Origin: Eledone cirrhosa
Taxonomy: Eukaryota
Length of the DNA stretch: 64,000 bases
Direction of reading: 5' to 3'
NCBI GenBank assembly: GCA_964016885.1
Contig: OZ024741.1
Location: forward strand, 354,578,001-354,642,000
Shown here: in pieces, positions 37,330 through 48,707 of the stretch
Numbering within the stretch: position 1 is the stretch's first letter
Layout: the number at the start of each line of letters is the position of its first letter
Made by a program: the position numbers and the translations under genes
The notes under the pieces: model-generated
Seen by the model: the letters and a program-made list of their open reading frames with translations, nothing else
Told to the model about the DNA's origin: nothing
Database searches by the model: none

Positions 37330-40300
37330 GTAGTGGTTGTGGTAATGATAATGGTGTTGGTGGTCGTGGTTGTAGTAGTGACATTGATGATGGTGGTGGT
37401 GATGGTGGGGATGTTGGTTGGGGTGGTAATAGTTGGGTAGCGATATTGATGGTGGTGGTGATAATAATGGTAGTGGTTGTGGTAGTGATATTGATGGTGG
37501 TATTGGTGGTGGTGGTGGTGGTGGTTGTGGTAGTTGTGGTAGTGATATTGATGTTGGTAGTGGTGGTGGTGGTGATGATGGTGGTGGTGGTGGTTATGGT
37601 AGTGATATTGATGGTGGTAGTGGTGGTGGTGGTGGTGGTGGTGGTTGTGGTGGTTGTGGTAGTGATATTGATGGTGGTAGTGGTGGTGGTGGTTGTGGTA
37701 GTGATATTGATGGTGGCGGTGGTAGTGGCGGTGGTAATGGTGGTGATAGTGGTTATTGTAGTGAGAGTGATGGTAGCGGTGGTTGTGGTGGTGATGATGG
37801 TGGTGGTAGTGGTTGTGGTAGTGATATTGATGGTGGTAATGGTGGTGGTGGTGGGGATGGTGGTGGTGGTGGTGGTGGTGGTTGTGGTAGTGATATTGAT
37901 GGTGGTAGTGGTGGTAGTGGTGGTGGTGGTTGTGGTAGTGATATTGATGGTGGCGGTGGTAGTGGCGGTGGTAATGGTGGTGGTAGTGGTTGTGGTAGTG
38001 ATATTGATGGTGGCGGTGGTAGTGGCGGTGGTAATGGTGGTGGTAGTGGTTGTGGTAGTGATATTGATGGTGGCGGTGGTAGTGGCGGTGGGAATGGTGG
38101 TGGTGGTGGTTGTAGTAGTGATATTGGTGGTGGCGGTGGTAGTGGTGGTGGTGGTGATGATGGTGGTGGTGGTGGTTGTGGTAGTAATATTGATGGTGGC
38201 GGTGGTAATGGTGGGGGTGGTGGTTGTAGTAATGATATTGATGGTGGCGGTGGTAGTGGTGGTGATGATGGTGGTGGTGGTGGTTGTGGTAGTGATATTG
38301 ATGGTGGTAGTGGTGGTGGTGGTGGTGGTTGTGGTAGTGATATTGATGGTGGCGGTGGTAGTGGCGGTGGTAATGGTGGTGGTAGTGGTTGTGGTAGTGA
38401 TATTGATGGTGGCGGTGGTAGTGGCGGTGGTAATGGTGGTGGTAGTGGTTGTGGTAGTGATATTGATGGTGGCGGTGGTAGTGGCGGTGGGAATGGTGGT
38501 GGTGGTGGTTGTAGTAGTGATATTGGTGGTGGCGGTGGTAGTGGTGGTGGTGGTGATGATGGTGGTGGTGGTGGTTGTGGTAGTAATATTGATGGTGGCG
38601 GTGGTAATGGTGGGGGTGGTGGTTGTAGTAATGATATTGATGGTGGCGGTGGTAGTGGTGGTGATGATGGTGGTGGTGGTGGTTGTGGTAGTGATATTGA
38701 TGGTGGTAGTGGTGGTGGTGGTGGTGGTTGTGGTAGTGATATTGATGGTGGCGGTGGTAGTGGCGGTGGTAATGGTGGTGGTAGTGGTTGTGGTAGTGAT
38801 ATTGATGGTGCGGTGGTAGTGGTGGTGATGATGGTGGTGGTAATGGTGTGGTAGTGATATTGATGGTGGCGGTGGTAGTGGTGGTGATGATGGTGGTGGT
38901 GGTAGTGGCGGTGGTGGTGGTACTGGTTGTGGTAGTGATATTGATGGTGGCGGTGGTAGTGGTGGTGGTAGTGATGGTGGCGGTGGTAGTGGTGGTGGTG
39001 GTGGTGATGGTGGTGGTAGTGGTTGTGGTAGTGATATTGATGGTGGCGGTGGTAGTGGTGGTGGTGATGGTGGTGGTGGTAGTGATATTGATGGTGGTAG
39101 TGGTGGTGGTGGTGGTGATGGTGGTGGTGGTGGTTGTGGTAGTGATATTGATGGTGGTAGTGGTGGTGGTTGTGATGATGGTGGTGGTGGTTGTGGTAGT
39201 GATATTGATGGTGGTAGTGGTGGTGGTGGTGATGATAGTGGTGGTGGTGGTTGTGGTAGTGATATTGATGGTGGCGGTGGTAGTGCTGGTGATGATGGTG
39301 GTGGTTGTGGTAGTGATATTGATGGTGGCGGGGTAGTGGTGGTGATGATGGTGGTGGTGGTGGTTGTGGTAGTGATATTGATGGTGGCGGTGGTAGTGCT
39401 GGTGATGATGGTGGTGGTTGTGGTAGTGATATTGATGGTGGCGGGGTAGTGGTGGTGATGATGGTGGTGGTGGTGGTTGTGGTAGTGATATTGATGGTGG
39501 TAGTGGTGGTGGTTGTGATGATGGTGGTGGTGGTTGTGGTAGTGATATTGATGGTGGTAGTGGTGGTGGTGGTGATGATAGTGGTGGTGGTGGTTGTGGT
39601 AGTGATATTGATGGTGGCGGTGGTAGTGCTGGTGATGATGGTGGTGGTTGTGGTAGTGATATTGATGGTGGCGGGGTAGTGCTGGTGATGATGGTGGTGG
39701 TTGTGGTAGTGATATTGATGGTGGCGGTGGTAGTGGTGGTGATGATGGTGGTGGTGGTAGTGGCGGTGGTGGTGGTACTGGTTGTGGTAGTGATATTGAT
39801 GGTGGCGGTGGTAGTGGTGGTGGTAGTGATGGTAGTGGGTGTGGTAGTGATATTGATGGTGGTAGTGGCGGCGGTAATGGTGGTGGTTGTGGTTGTAGTA
39901 GAGATATTGATGGTAGCGGTGGTAGTGGTGGTGGTAGTGATGGTAGTGGTTGTGGTAGTGATATTGATGGTGGCGGTGGTAGTGGTGGCGGTAGTGGTGG
40001 TGGTGGTGGTTGTGGTAGTGATATTGATGGTGGCGGTGGTGGTGGTGGTGATGATGGTGGTGGTAGTGGTTGTCGTAGTGAGAGTGATGGTGGTAGTGGT
40101 TGTGATGATGGTGGTGGTGGTGGTTGAGGTAGTGATATTGATGGTGGTAGTGGTGGTGGTGGTGATGATGGTGGTGGTAGTGGTTGTGGTAGTGATATTG
40201 ATGGTGGTAGTGGTGGTAGTGGTGGTGATGGTGGTGGTAGTGGATGTGGTAGTGATATTGATGGTGGTAGTGGTCGTGGTGGTGATGATGGTGGTGGTGG

Positions 40301-43300
40301 TGGTTGTGGTAGTGATATTGATGGTGGCGGTGGTAGTGGTGGTGATGATGGTGGTGGTAGTGGTTGTCGTAGTGAGAGTGTTGGTGGTAGTGGTGGTGAT
40401 GATGGTGGTGGTGGTGGTTGAGGTAGTGATATTGATGGTGGTAGTGGTGGTGGTGGTGATGATGGTGGTGGTAGTGGTTGTGGTAGTGATATTGATGGTG
40501 GTAGTGGTGGTAGTGGTGGTGATGGTGGTGGTAGTGGATGTGGTAGTGATATTGATGGTGGTAGTGGTCGTGGTGGTGATGATGGTGGTGGTGGTGGTTG
40601 TGGTAGTGATATTGATGGTGGCGGTGGTAGTGGTGGTGGTGATGGTGGTGGTAGTGGTTGTGGTAGTGAGAGTGATGGTGGTAGTAGTGGTGATGATGGT
40701 GGTGGTAGTGGTTGTGGTAGTGATATTGATGGTGGCGGTGGTGGTGGTGGTGATGATGGTGGTGGTGGTGGTTGTGGTAGTGATATTGATGGTGGCGGTG
40801 GTAGTGGTGGTGGTGATGGTGGTGGTAGTGGTTGTGGTAGTGAGAGTGAAGGTGGTAGTAGTGGTGATGATGGTGGTGGTAGTGGTTGTGGTAGTGAGAG
40901 TGATGGTGGTAGTGGTGGTGATGATGGTGGTGGTAGTGGTGGTGATGATGGTGGTGGTGGTGGTTGTGGTAGTGATATTGATGGTGGCGGTGGTAGTGGT
41001 GGTGATGATGGTGGTGGTGGTTGTGGTAGTGAGAGTGATGGTGGTAGTGGTGGTGATGATGGTCGTGGTGGTGGTGGTGATGATGATGGTGGTAATGGAT
41101 GTGGTAGTGATATTGATGGTGGCGGTGGTATTGGTGGTGGTGATGGTGATGGTGGTGGTGGTGGTTGTGGTAGTGATATTGATGGTGGTAGTGTTGGTGG
41201 TTGTGATGATGGTGGTGGTGGTGGTTGTGGTAGTGATATTGATGGTGGTAGTGGTGGTGGTGGTGATGGTGGTGGTAGTGGTTGTGGTAGTGATATTGAT
41301 GGTGGTAGTGGTGGTGGTGGTGATGATGGTGGTGGTGGTGGTTGTGGTAGTGATATTGATGGTGGTAGTGGTGGTGGTTGTGATGATGGTGGTGGTGGTG
41401 GTTGTTGTAGTGATATTGATGGTGGTAGTGGTGGTAGTGGTGGTGATGGTGGTGGTAGTGGATGTGGTAGTGATATTGATGGTGGTAGTGGTGGTGGTGG
41501 TGATGATGGTGGTGGTGGTGGTTGTGGTAGTGATATTGATGGTGGTGGTGGTGGTGATGATGGTGGTGGTAGTGGTTGTGGTAGTGATATTGATGGTGGT
41601 AGTGGTGGTGGTGGTGATGATGGTGGTGGTGGTGTTTGTGGTAGTGATATTGATGGTGGCGGTGGTAGTGGTGGTGGTGATGGTGGTGGTAGTGGTTGTG
41701 GTAGTGAGAGTGATGGTGGTAGTAGTGGTGATGATGGTGGTGGTAGTGGTTGTGGTAGTGATATTGATGGTGGTGGTGGTAGTGGTGGTGATGATGGTGG
41801 TGGTAGTGGTTGTGGTAGTGAGAGTGATGGTGGCGGTGGTAGTGGTGATGGTGGTGGTGGTGGTGGTAGTGATATTGGTGGTGGTGGTGGTAGTGGTGGT
41901 GATGATGGTGGTGGTAGTGGTTGTGGTAGTGAGAGTGATGGTGGCGGTGGTAGTGGCGGTGGTAATGGTGGTAGTAGTGGTTGTGGTAGTGAGAGTGATG
42001 GTGGTAGTAGTGGTGATGATGGTGGTGGTAGTGGTTGTGGTAGTGAGAGTGATGGTGGTAGTGGTGGTGATGATGGTGGTGGTAGTGGTGGTGATGATGG
42101 TGGTGGTGGTGGTTGTGGTAGTGATATTGATGGTGGCGGTGGTAGTGGTGGTGATGATGGTGGTGGTGGTTGTGGTAGTGAGAGTGATGGTGGTAGTGGT
42201 GGTGATGATGGTCGTGGTGGTGGTGGTGATGATGATGATGGTAATGGATGTGGTAGTGATATTGATGGTGGCGGTGGTATTGGTGGTGGTGATGGTGGTG
42301 GTGGTGGTTGTGGTAGTGATATTGATGGTGGTAGTGGTTGTGGTAGTGATATTGATGGTGGCGGTGGTGGTGGTGGTGGTGATGGTGGTGGTAGTTGCGG
42401 TAGTGATATTGATGGTGGTAGTGGTGGTGGTTGTGATGATGGTGGTGGTGGTGGTTGTGGTAGTGATATTGATGGTGTTAGTGGTGGTTGTTGTGATGAT
42501 GGTGCTGGTGGTGGTTGTGGTAGTGATATTGATGGTGGTAGTGGTGGTGGTGGTGGTGGTGATGATGGTGGTGGTGGTGGTTGTGGTAGTGATATTGATG
42601 GTGGTAGTGGTGGTGGTGGTGAAGATGGTGGTGGTAGTGGTTGTTGTAGTGATATTTATGGTGGTAGTGGTGGTGGTGGTGATGATGGTGGTGGTGGTGG
42701 TTGTGGTAGTGATATTGTTGGTAGTAGTGGTGGTGGTGGTGGTGATGATGGTGGTGGTAGTGGTTGTGGTAGTGATATTGATGGTGGTAGTGGTGGTGCT
42801 GGTGGTGATGGTGGTGGTGGTGGTTGTGGTAGTGATATTGATGGTGGCGGTGGTGGTGGTGATGGTGGTGGTAGTTGTGGTAGTGATATTGATGGTGGTA
42901 GTGGCGGTGGTGTTGATGATGGTGGTGGTAGTTTTTGTGGTAGTGATATTGATGGTGGTAGTGGTGGTGGTGGTGAAGATGGTGGTGGTAGTGGTTGAGG
43001 TAGTGATATTTATGGTGGTAGTGGTGGTGGTGGTGATGATGGTGGTGGTGGTGGCTGTGGTAGTGATATTGATGGTGGTGGTGGTGGTGATGATGGTGGT
43101 GGTAGTGGTTGTGGTAGTGATATTGATGGTGGTAGTGGTGGTGGTGGTGAAGATGGTGGTGGTAGTGGTTGTGGTAGTGATATTGATGGTGGTAGTGGTG
43201 GTGGTGGTGATGATGGTGGTGGTAGTGGTTGTGGTAGTGATATTGATGGTGGTAGTGGTGGTGGTGGTGGTGATGGTGGTTGTGGTGGTTGTGGTAGTGA

Positions 43301-46300
43301 TATTGATGGTGGTAGTGGTGGTGGTGGTTGTGGTAGTGATATTGATGGTGGCGGCGGTAGTGGCGGTGGTAATGGTGGTGATAGTGATTGTGGTAGTGAG
43401 AGTGATGGTGGCGGTGGTAGTGGTGGTGATGATGGTGGTGGTAGTGGTTGTGGTAGTGATATTGATGGTGGTTATGGTGGTGGTTGTAGTAGTAGTGATA
43501 TTGATGGTGGCGGTGGTGGTGGTGGTGGTGATGGTGGTGGTGGTGGTTGTGGTAGTGATATTGATGGTGGTAGTGGTGGTGGTGGTGATGATGGTGGTGT
43601 TGGTGCTTGTAGTAGTGATATTGATGGTGGTGGTGGTGGTGGTGGTTGTGGTAGTGATATTGATGGTGGCGGTGGTAGTGGCGGTGGTAATGGTGGTGAT
43701 AGTGGTTGTGGTAGTGAGAGTGATGGTGGTAGTGGTGGTAATGATGGTGGTGGTAGTGGTTGTGGTAGTGATATTGATGGTGGCGGTGGTAGTGGCGGAG
43801 GTAATGGTGGTGGTAGTGGTTGTGGTAGTGATATTGATGGTGGTGGTGGTGGTGATGGTGGTGGTAGTTGTGGTAGTGATATTGATGGTGGTAGTGGTGG
43901 TGGTTGTGATGATGGTGGTGGTGGTGGTTGTGGTAGTGATATTGATGGTGGTAGTGGTGGTGGTGGTGATGATGGTGGTGGTAGTGGTTGTGGTAGTGAT
44001 ATTGATGGTGGTAGTGGTGATGGTGGTGATGATGGTGGTGGTGGTGGTTGTGGTAGTGATATTGATGGTGGTAGTGGTGGTGGTGGTGATGATGATGGTG
44101 GTGGTGGTTGTGGTAGTGATATTGATGGTGGTAGTGGTGGTGGTGGTGATGATGGTGGTGGTGGTGGTGGTTGTGGTAGTGATATTGATGGTGGTAGTGG
44201 TGGTGGTGGTGGTGATGGTGGTGGTAGTGGTTGTGGTAGTGATATTGATGGTGGTAGTGGCGGTGGTGGTGATGATGGTGGTGGTAGCGGTTGTGGTAGT
44301 GATATTGATGGTGGTAGTGGTGGTGGTGGTGGTGATGGTGGTGGTAGTGGTTGTGGTAGTGATATTGATGGTGGTAGTGGTCGTGGTGGTGGTGATGGTG
44401 GTGGTAGTGGTTGTGGTAGTGATATTGATGGTGGTAGTGGTGGTTTTGGTGATGATGGTGGTTTTAGTGGTTGTGGTAGTGATATTGATGGTGGCGGTGG
44501 TGGTGATGATGGTGGTGGTGGTGGTTGTGTTAGTGATATTGATGGTGGCGGTGGTGGTGGTGGTGATGATGGTGGTGGTAGTGGTTGTGGTAGTGATATT
44601 GATGGTGGTAGTGGTGGTGCTGGTGATGATGGTGGTGGTGGTGGTTGTGGTAGTGATATTGATGGTGGTAGTGGTGGTGGTTGTGATGATGGTGGTGGTG
44701 GTGGTTGTGTAGTGATATTGATGGTGATAGTGGTGGTGGTGGTGATGATGGTGGTGGTAGTGGTTGTGGTAGTGATATTGATGGTGGTAGTGGTGGTGGT
44801 TGTGATGATGGTGGTGGTGGTGGTTGTGTTAGTGATATTGATGGTGGCGGTGGTGGTGGTGGTGATGATGTTGGTGGTGGTGGTTGTGGTAGTGATATTG
44901 ATGGTGGTAGTGGTAGTGGTGGTGATGATGGTGGTGGTGGTGGTTGTGGTAGTGAGAGTGATGGTGGTAGTGGTGGTGATGGTGGTGGTAGTGGTTGTGG
45001 TAGTGAGAGTGATTGCGGCGGTGGTAGTGGTGATGGTGATGGTGTTGGTGGTGGTGGTGGTGGTAGTGATATTGGTGGTGGTTGTGGTAGTGAGAGTGAT
45101 GGTGGCGGTGGTAGTGGTGGTGATGATGATGGTGGTAGTGGTTGTGGTAGTGATATTGATGGTGGTAGTGGTCGTGGTGGTGGAGATGGTGGTGGTAGCG
45201 GTTGTGGTAGTGATATTGATGGTGGTAGTCGTGGTTTTGGTGATGATGGTGGTGGTAGTGGTTGTGGTAGTGATATTGATGGTGGCGGTGGTGGTGATGA
45301 TGTTGGTGGTGGTGGTTTTGGTAGTGATATTGATGGTGGTAGTGGTGGTGATGATGGTGGTGTTAGTGGTTGTGGTAGTGATATTGATGGTGGTGGTGGT
45401 AGTGGTGGTGATGATGGTGGTGGTGGTGGTTGTGGTAGTGAGAGTGATGGTGGTAGTGGTGGTGATGGTGGTGGTAGTGGTTGTGGTAGTGAGAGTGATT
45501 GTGGCGGTGGTAGTGGTGATGGTGGTGGTGTTGGTGGTGGTGGTGGTGGTAGTGATATTGGTGTTGGTTGTGGTAGTAAGAGTGATGGTGGCGGTGGTAG
45601 TGGTGGTGATGATGATGGTGGTAGTGTTTGTGGTAGTGAGAGTGATGGTGGTAGTGGTTGTGGTAGTGAGAGTGATGGTGGTAGTGGTTGTGATGATGGT
45701 GGTGGTAGTGTTTGTGGTAGTGAGAGTGATGGTGGTAGTGGTTGTGGTAGTGAGAGTGATGGTGGCGGTGGTAGTGGTGGTGATGATGATGGTGGTGGTG
45801 GTGGTAGTGATATTGGTGGTGGTTGTGGTAGTGAGAGTGATGGTGGTGGTGGTGGTGGTGGTGGTAGTGATATTGTTGGTGGTGGTGGTAGTGATATTGG
45901 TGGTGGCGGTGGTAGTGGTGGTGATGATGATGGTGGTAGTGGTTGTGGTAGCGAGAGTGATGGTGGTAGTGGTTGTGATGATGGTCGTGGTAGTGGTTGT
46001 GGTAGTGAGAGTGATGGTGGTAGTGATTGTGATGATGGTGGTGGTAGTGGTTGTGGTAGTGAGAGTGATGTTGGCGGTGGTAGTGGTGGTGAGGATGGTG
46101 GTGGTGGTGGTGGTAGTTATATTGGTGGTGGTTGCGGTAGTGAGAGTGATGGTGGCGGTGGTAGTGGTGGTGATGATGGTGTTGGTAGTGGTTGTGGTAG
46201 TGAGAGTGATGGTGGTGGTGGTAGTGGCGGAGGTATTGGTGGTGGTAGTGGTTGTGGTAGTGAGAGTGATGGTGGTGGTGGTAGTGGTGGAGGTATTGGT

Positions 46301-46420
46301 GGTGGTAGTGGTTGTGGTAGTGAGAGTTATGGGGGCGGTGGTAGTGGTGGTGATGGTGGTGGTAGTGGTTGTGGTGGTGGTGATGATGTTTGCGGTGGTA
46401 GTGGTGAGGTTGTTGGTGGG
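37330..46420. repeat. Compound (GGT)-based satellite of about 9 kb with 40-60 bp units
   Basis: Invariant core ggttgtggtagtgatattgat (variant ..agtgagagtgat) separated by variable ggt/gat/agt triplets; 399-bp higher-order duplication (38111 versus 38510). Confidence 0.95.
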
Positions 46421-47315
46421 GTGGCAATATATATTTTATAGCATTGTGGTTGTGTTTTGTGTTGTAATAAAGTGAATGAGTGTAACAAAGATGTACTGAG
46501 GCTGTGTTGCATGTGGTGAGGTGGAGCTATGAGAGAGTAATACATATATAAACACTGGCACATACACTCACAAACATCCACACAAGCATACACACACACT
46601 CTTATACACAGGCATACATACATACCCGTACTTAAACACACTCACACACATACTTACGTGTACACACATGTACACACAAAAAAATAACAAAAGAATTCAG
46701 AATTCACTCACACACATACGTACACACATACACAAACACTATTAAAAACCCACAGACACGCACGCGTACACACACACACATACAAAGAAGCAATAATGCA
46801 CATCCACGAATCAATAATGTATTAGTTATTTTTTGTTTATAAACGCTAGTTGAGAGCTTTTTTGAGGCTGTGAAAATCTACTACTACGGTAGAATGCATC
46901 TTTGTCTCGTCCAGACTCAACTACGTCGGATCATTTTGAATGAACCTCTGCTAAGGAAAGGATTTCCCGTTCCATAATTAGGTGCACTTACCAATTGTAT
47001 ATACATTTTGCAACTCATGGTGCACCTTTCCCGATTCCCAGAAACCCATCAAAGATTATTATCGATTTCTATCGGTTCTTATTTATTCGAGATGGTCCAG
47101 GTTAGTCTCCTACCTGTTTGTATTTATCGTTGTTGTGGTTATAAGTTATGGCCACATACACTTGGTCATTTTATTCACGGGAGTGACTCTTTATTAACTT
47201 TGTGTTTACTCTGGACGAAAATGTATGAACTTTTCGAACCATTGAGTGCTTTGTGACTGCCTCAAACAATTGGATTGGTATTTGCTCTCCTGCGGCTACA
47301 ACTTCGGTTTATGTC

Positions 47316-47373
<58 letters not shown>

Positions 47374-47377
<4 letters not shown>

Positions 47378-47562
47378 GTGGAACACTGGACGGTAATATC
47401 CGTAGTGGTAGAGCACTCAGTCCAAGGGACACCTCCCGCACGCAGTCTAGTATTGCCTGTGTGAAGTGACCGAGTTTCTGCGCATGCGCGTTCGTACGGT
47501 TGTCCTTCCTGTTCCTATAACCATACACGTCCCGAGCTGAAGATCCGCGAAGATGAAACGAG
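47374..47562 (+). mobile_element. Solo pLTR-like copy of the Naiad PLE with hammerhead 5' half; continues at 51731-51768
   Basis: 47430-47560 plus 51731-51768 match 14420-14595; 47374-47430 is the reverse complement of 14604-14660; flanked by (TA)n. Confidence 0.85.
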
Positions 47563-47938
47563 TGTGGGTATGGTGTGGCGTGCGGTGGCCGGAAGCGGGG
47601 GAGTGCTCGACCGGAAGGGTGCTTGGCCGGAAGGATGCTCGACCGGAAGGGCCAGCAGATGGCCCTCTCTAGTGGTGACCAGCAACGGTGTGGATGCGAG
47701 TTTTGGCAGCTCCCGGTGTTAAGCAGTTGGACGCACGTGGAAGAGGAGAGACCAGCAGTGGAATTTAGCGGCGCCTATGAAAAGCGGTAAGTGAGATAGC
47801 TTTTTCTAACCACAAGCTATTTCGGCACTGGAAACTGAGATCTGATTGAAAAAAAAAAAAAAAAAAAAAATGCTACTGGAAAAACAGAGAGGAGTCTGTT
47901 GTTTTTTTTTTATCACGTACCGCAAGACAAATTAGAAG

Positions 47939-48701
47939 ATGGCGACAAGACTACAAACAAGCGAAGCTATCAGGGCATTTACCGGGGAAGGTGATGTTGT
48001 CGCTTGGCTGCGAAAAGTCCGGCTGGTCGCAAGCTTGCAGAAGATAGAAGATGTGGCTGGCCTCATGGCACTGTACCTCGAGGGGGACGTGTTGGTACTC
48101 TTCCTTGAGTTGGACGAACACAGCCAAAAGAGATGCGCAAAAGATTGAGAGGCGCATGATAGAAGCATTCGCAGAAGGACCGTTAGCCGCTTTCGCTAAG
48201 CTGGCAAGAATTAGATGGAACGGTGAACGCGTTGACATTTTCGCGGCGGAAATACGGCGATTGGCTATGTTGGCTGGATATCAGGTGGAATGCGAACGCA
48301 CGGTGCGGTTGGCGTTCATAAACGGATTTACAGAGGACATAGCGGTGAAACTGCAGCAAGTCCCAGGTTACAAAGAAATGGAAATGCGTTCACTGGTGGA
48401 ACAAGCCCGGATCATAGCAGAAGATGCCAAAAAGAGTGTTGCGGCGATAGCAACTACAGAGGCTCAAGATTGCTGGCAGCGAAATGGTGAAAGGGAGGCA
48501 ACCACGGCACGCGGTCGCCCGCGAACGTTTAGAGGTCGCTGTTTTCGGTGCCAGGGCCCGCACATGGCTAGAGACTGCAGAGAGTCAAGGCCGGAAATAA
48601 TATGCTACCGGTGTAAGCGACCAGGCCACATCGCTACTAACTGCGACCAGGGAAACGATCCAAGGGGAACTACTGCGCCGGTAGTTGCCTCTTACGAGTA
48701 G
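47939..48701 (+). CDS. gag: Gag (one frameshift near 48130)
   Basis: Zinc knuckles CFRCQGPHMARDC and CYRCKRPGHIATNC. Confidence 0.9.
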
Positions 48702-48707
48702 AGGCGC
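48650..48707 (+). promoter_or_regulatory. -1 ribosomal frameshift signal (G GGA AAC + H-type pseudoknot)
   Basis: In-frame slippery heptamer; stem aactac/gtagtt; loop gcgcc complementary to ggcgc at 48702; the -1 frame is open into the protease. Confidence 0.8.

Noticed and set aside
37446-46475. Poly-Val ORFs (up to 1677 aa) and the His-rich minus ORF
   Set aside because: Alternative frames of the GGT satellite; stop-free by composition.
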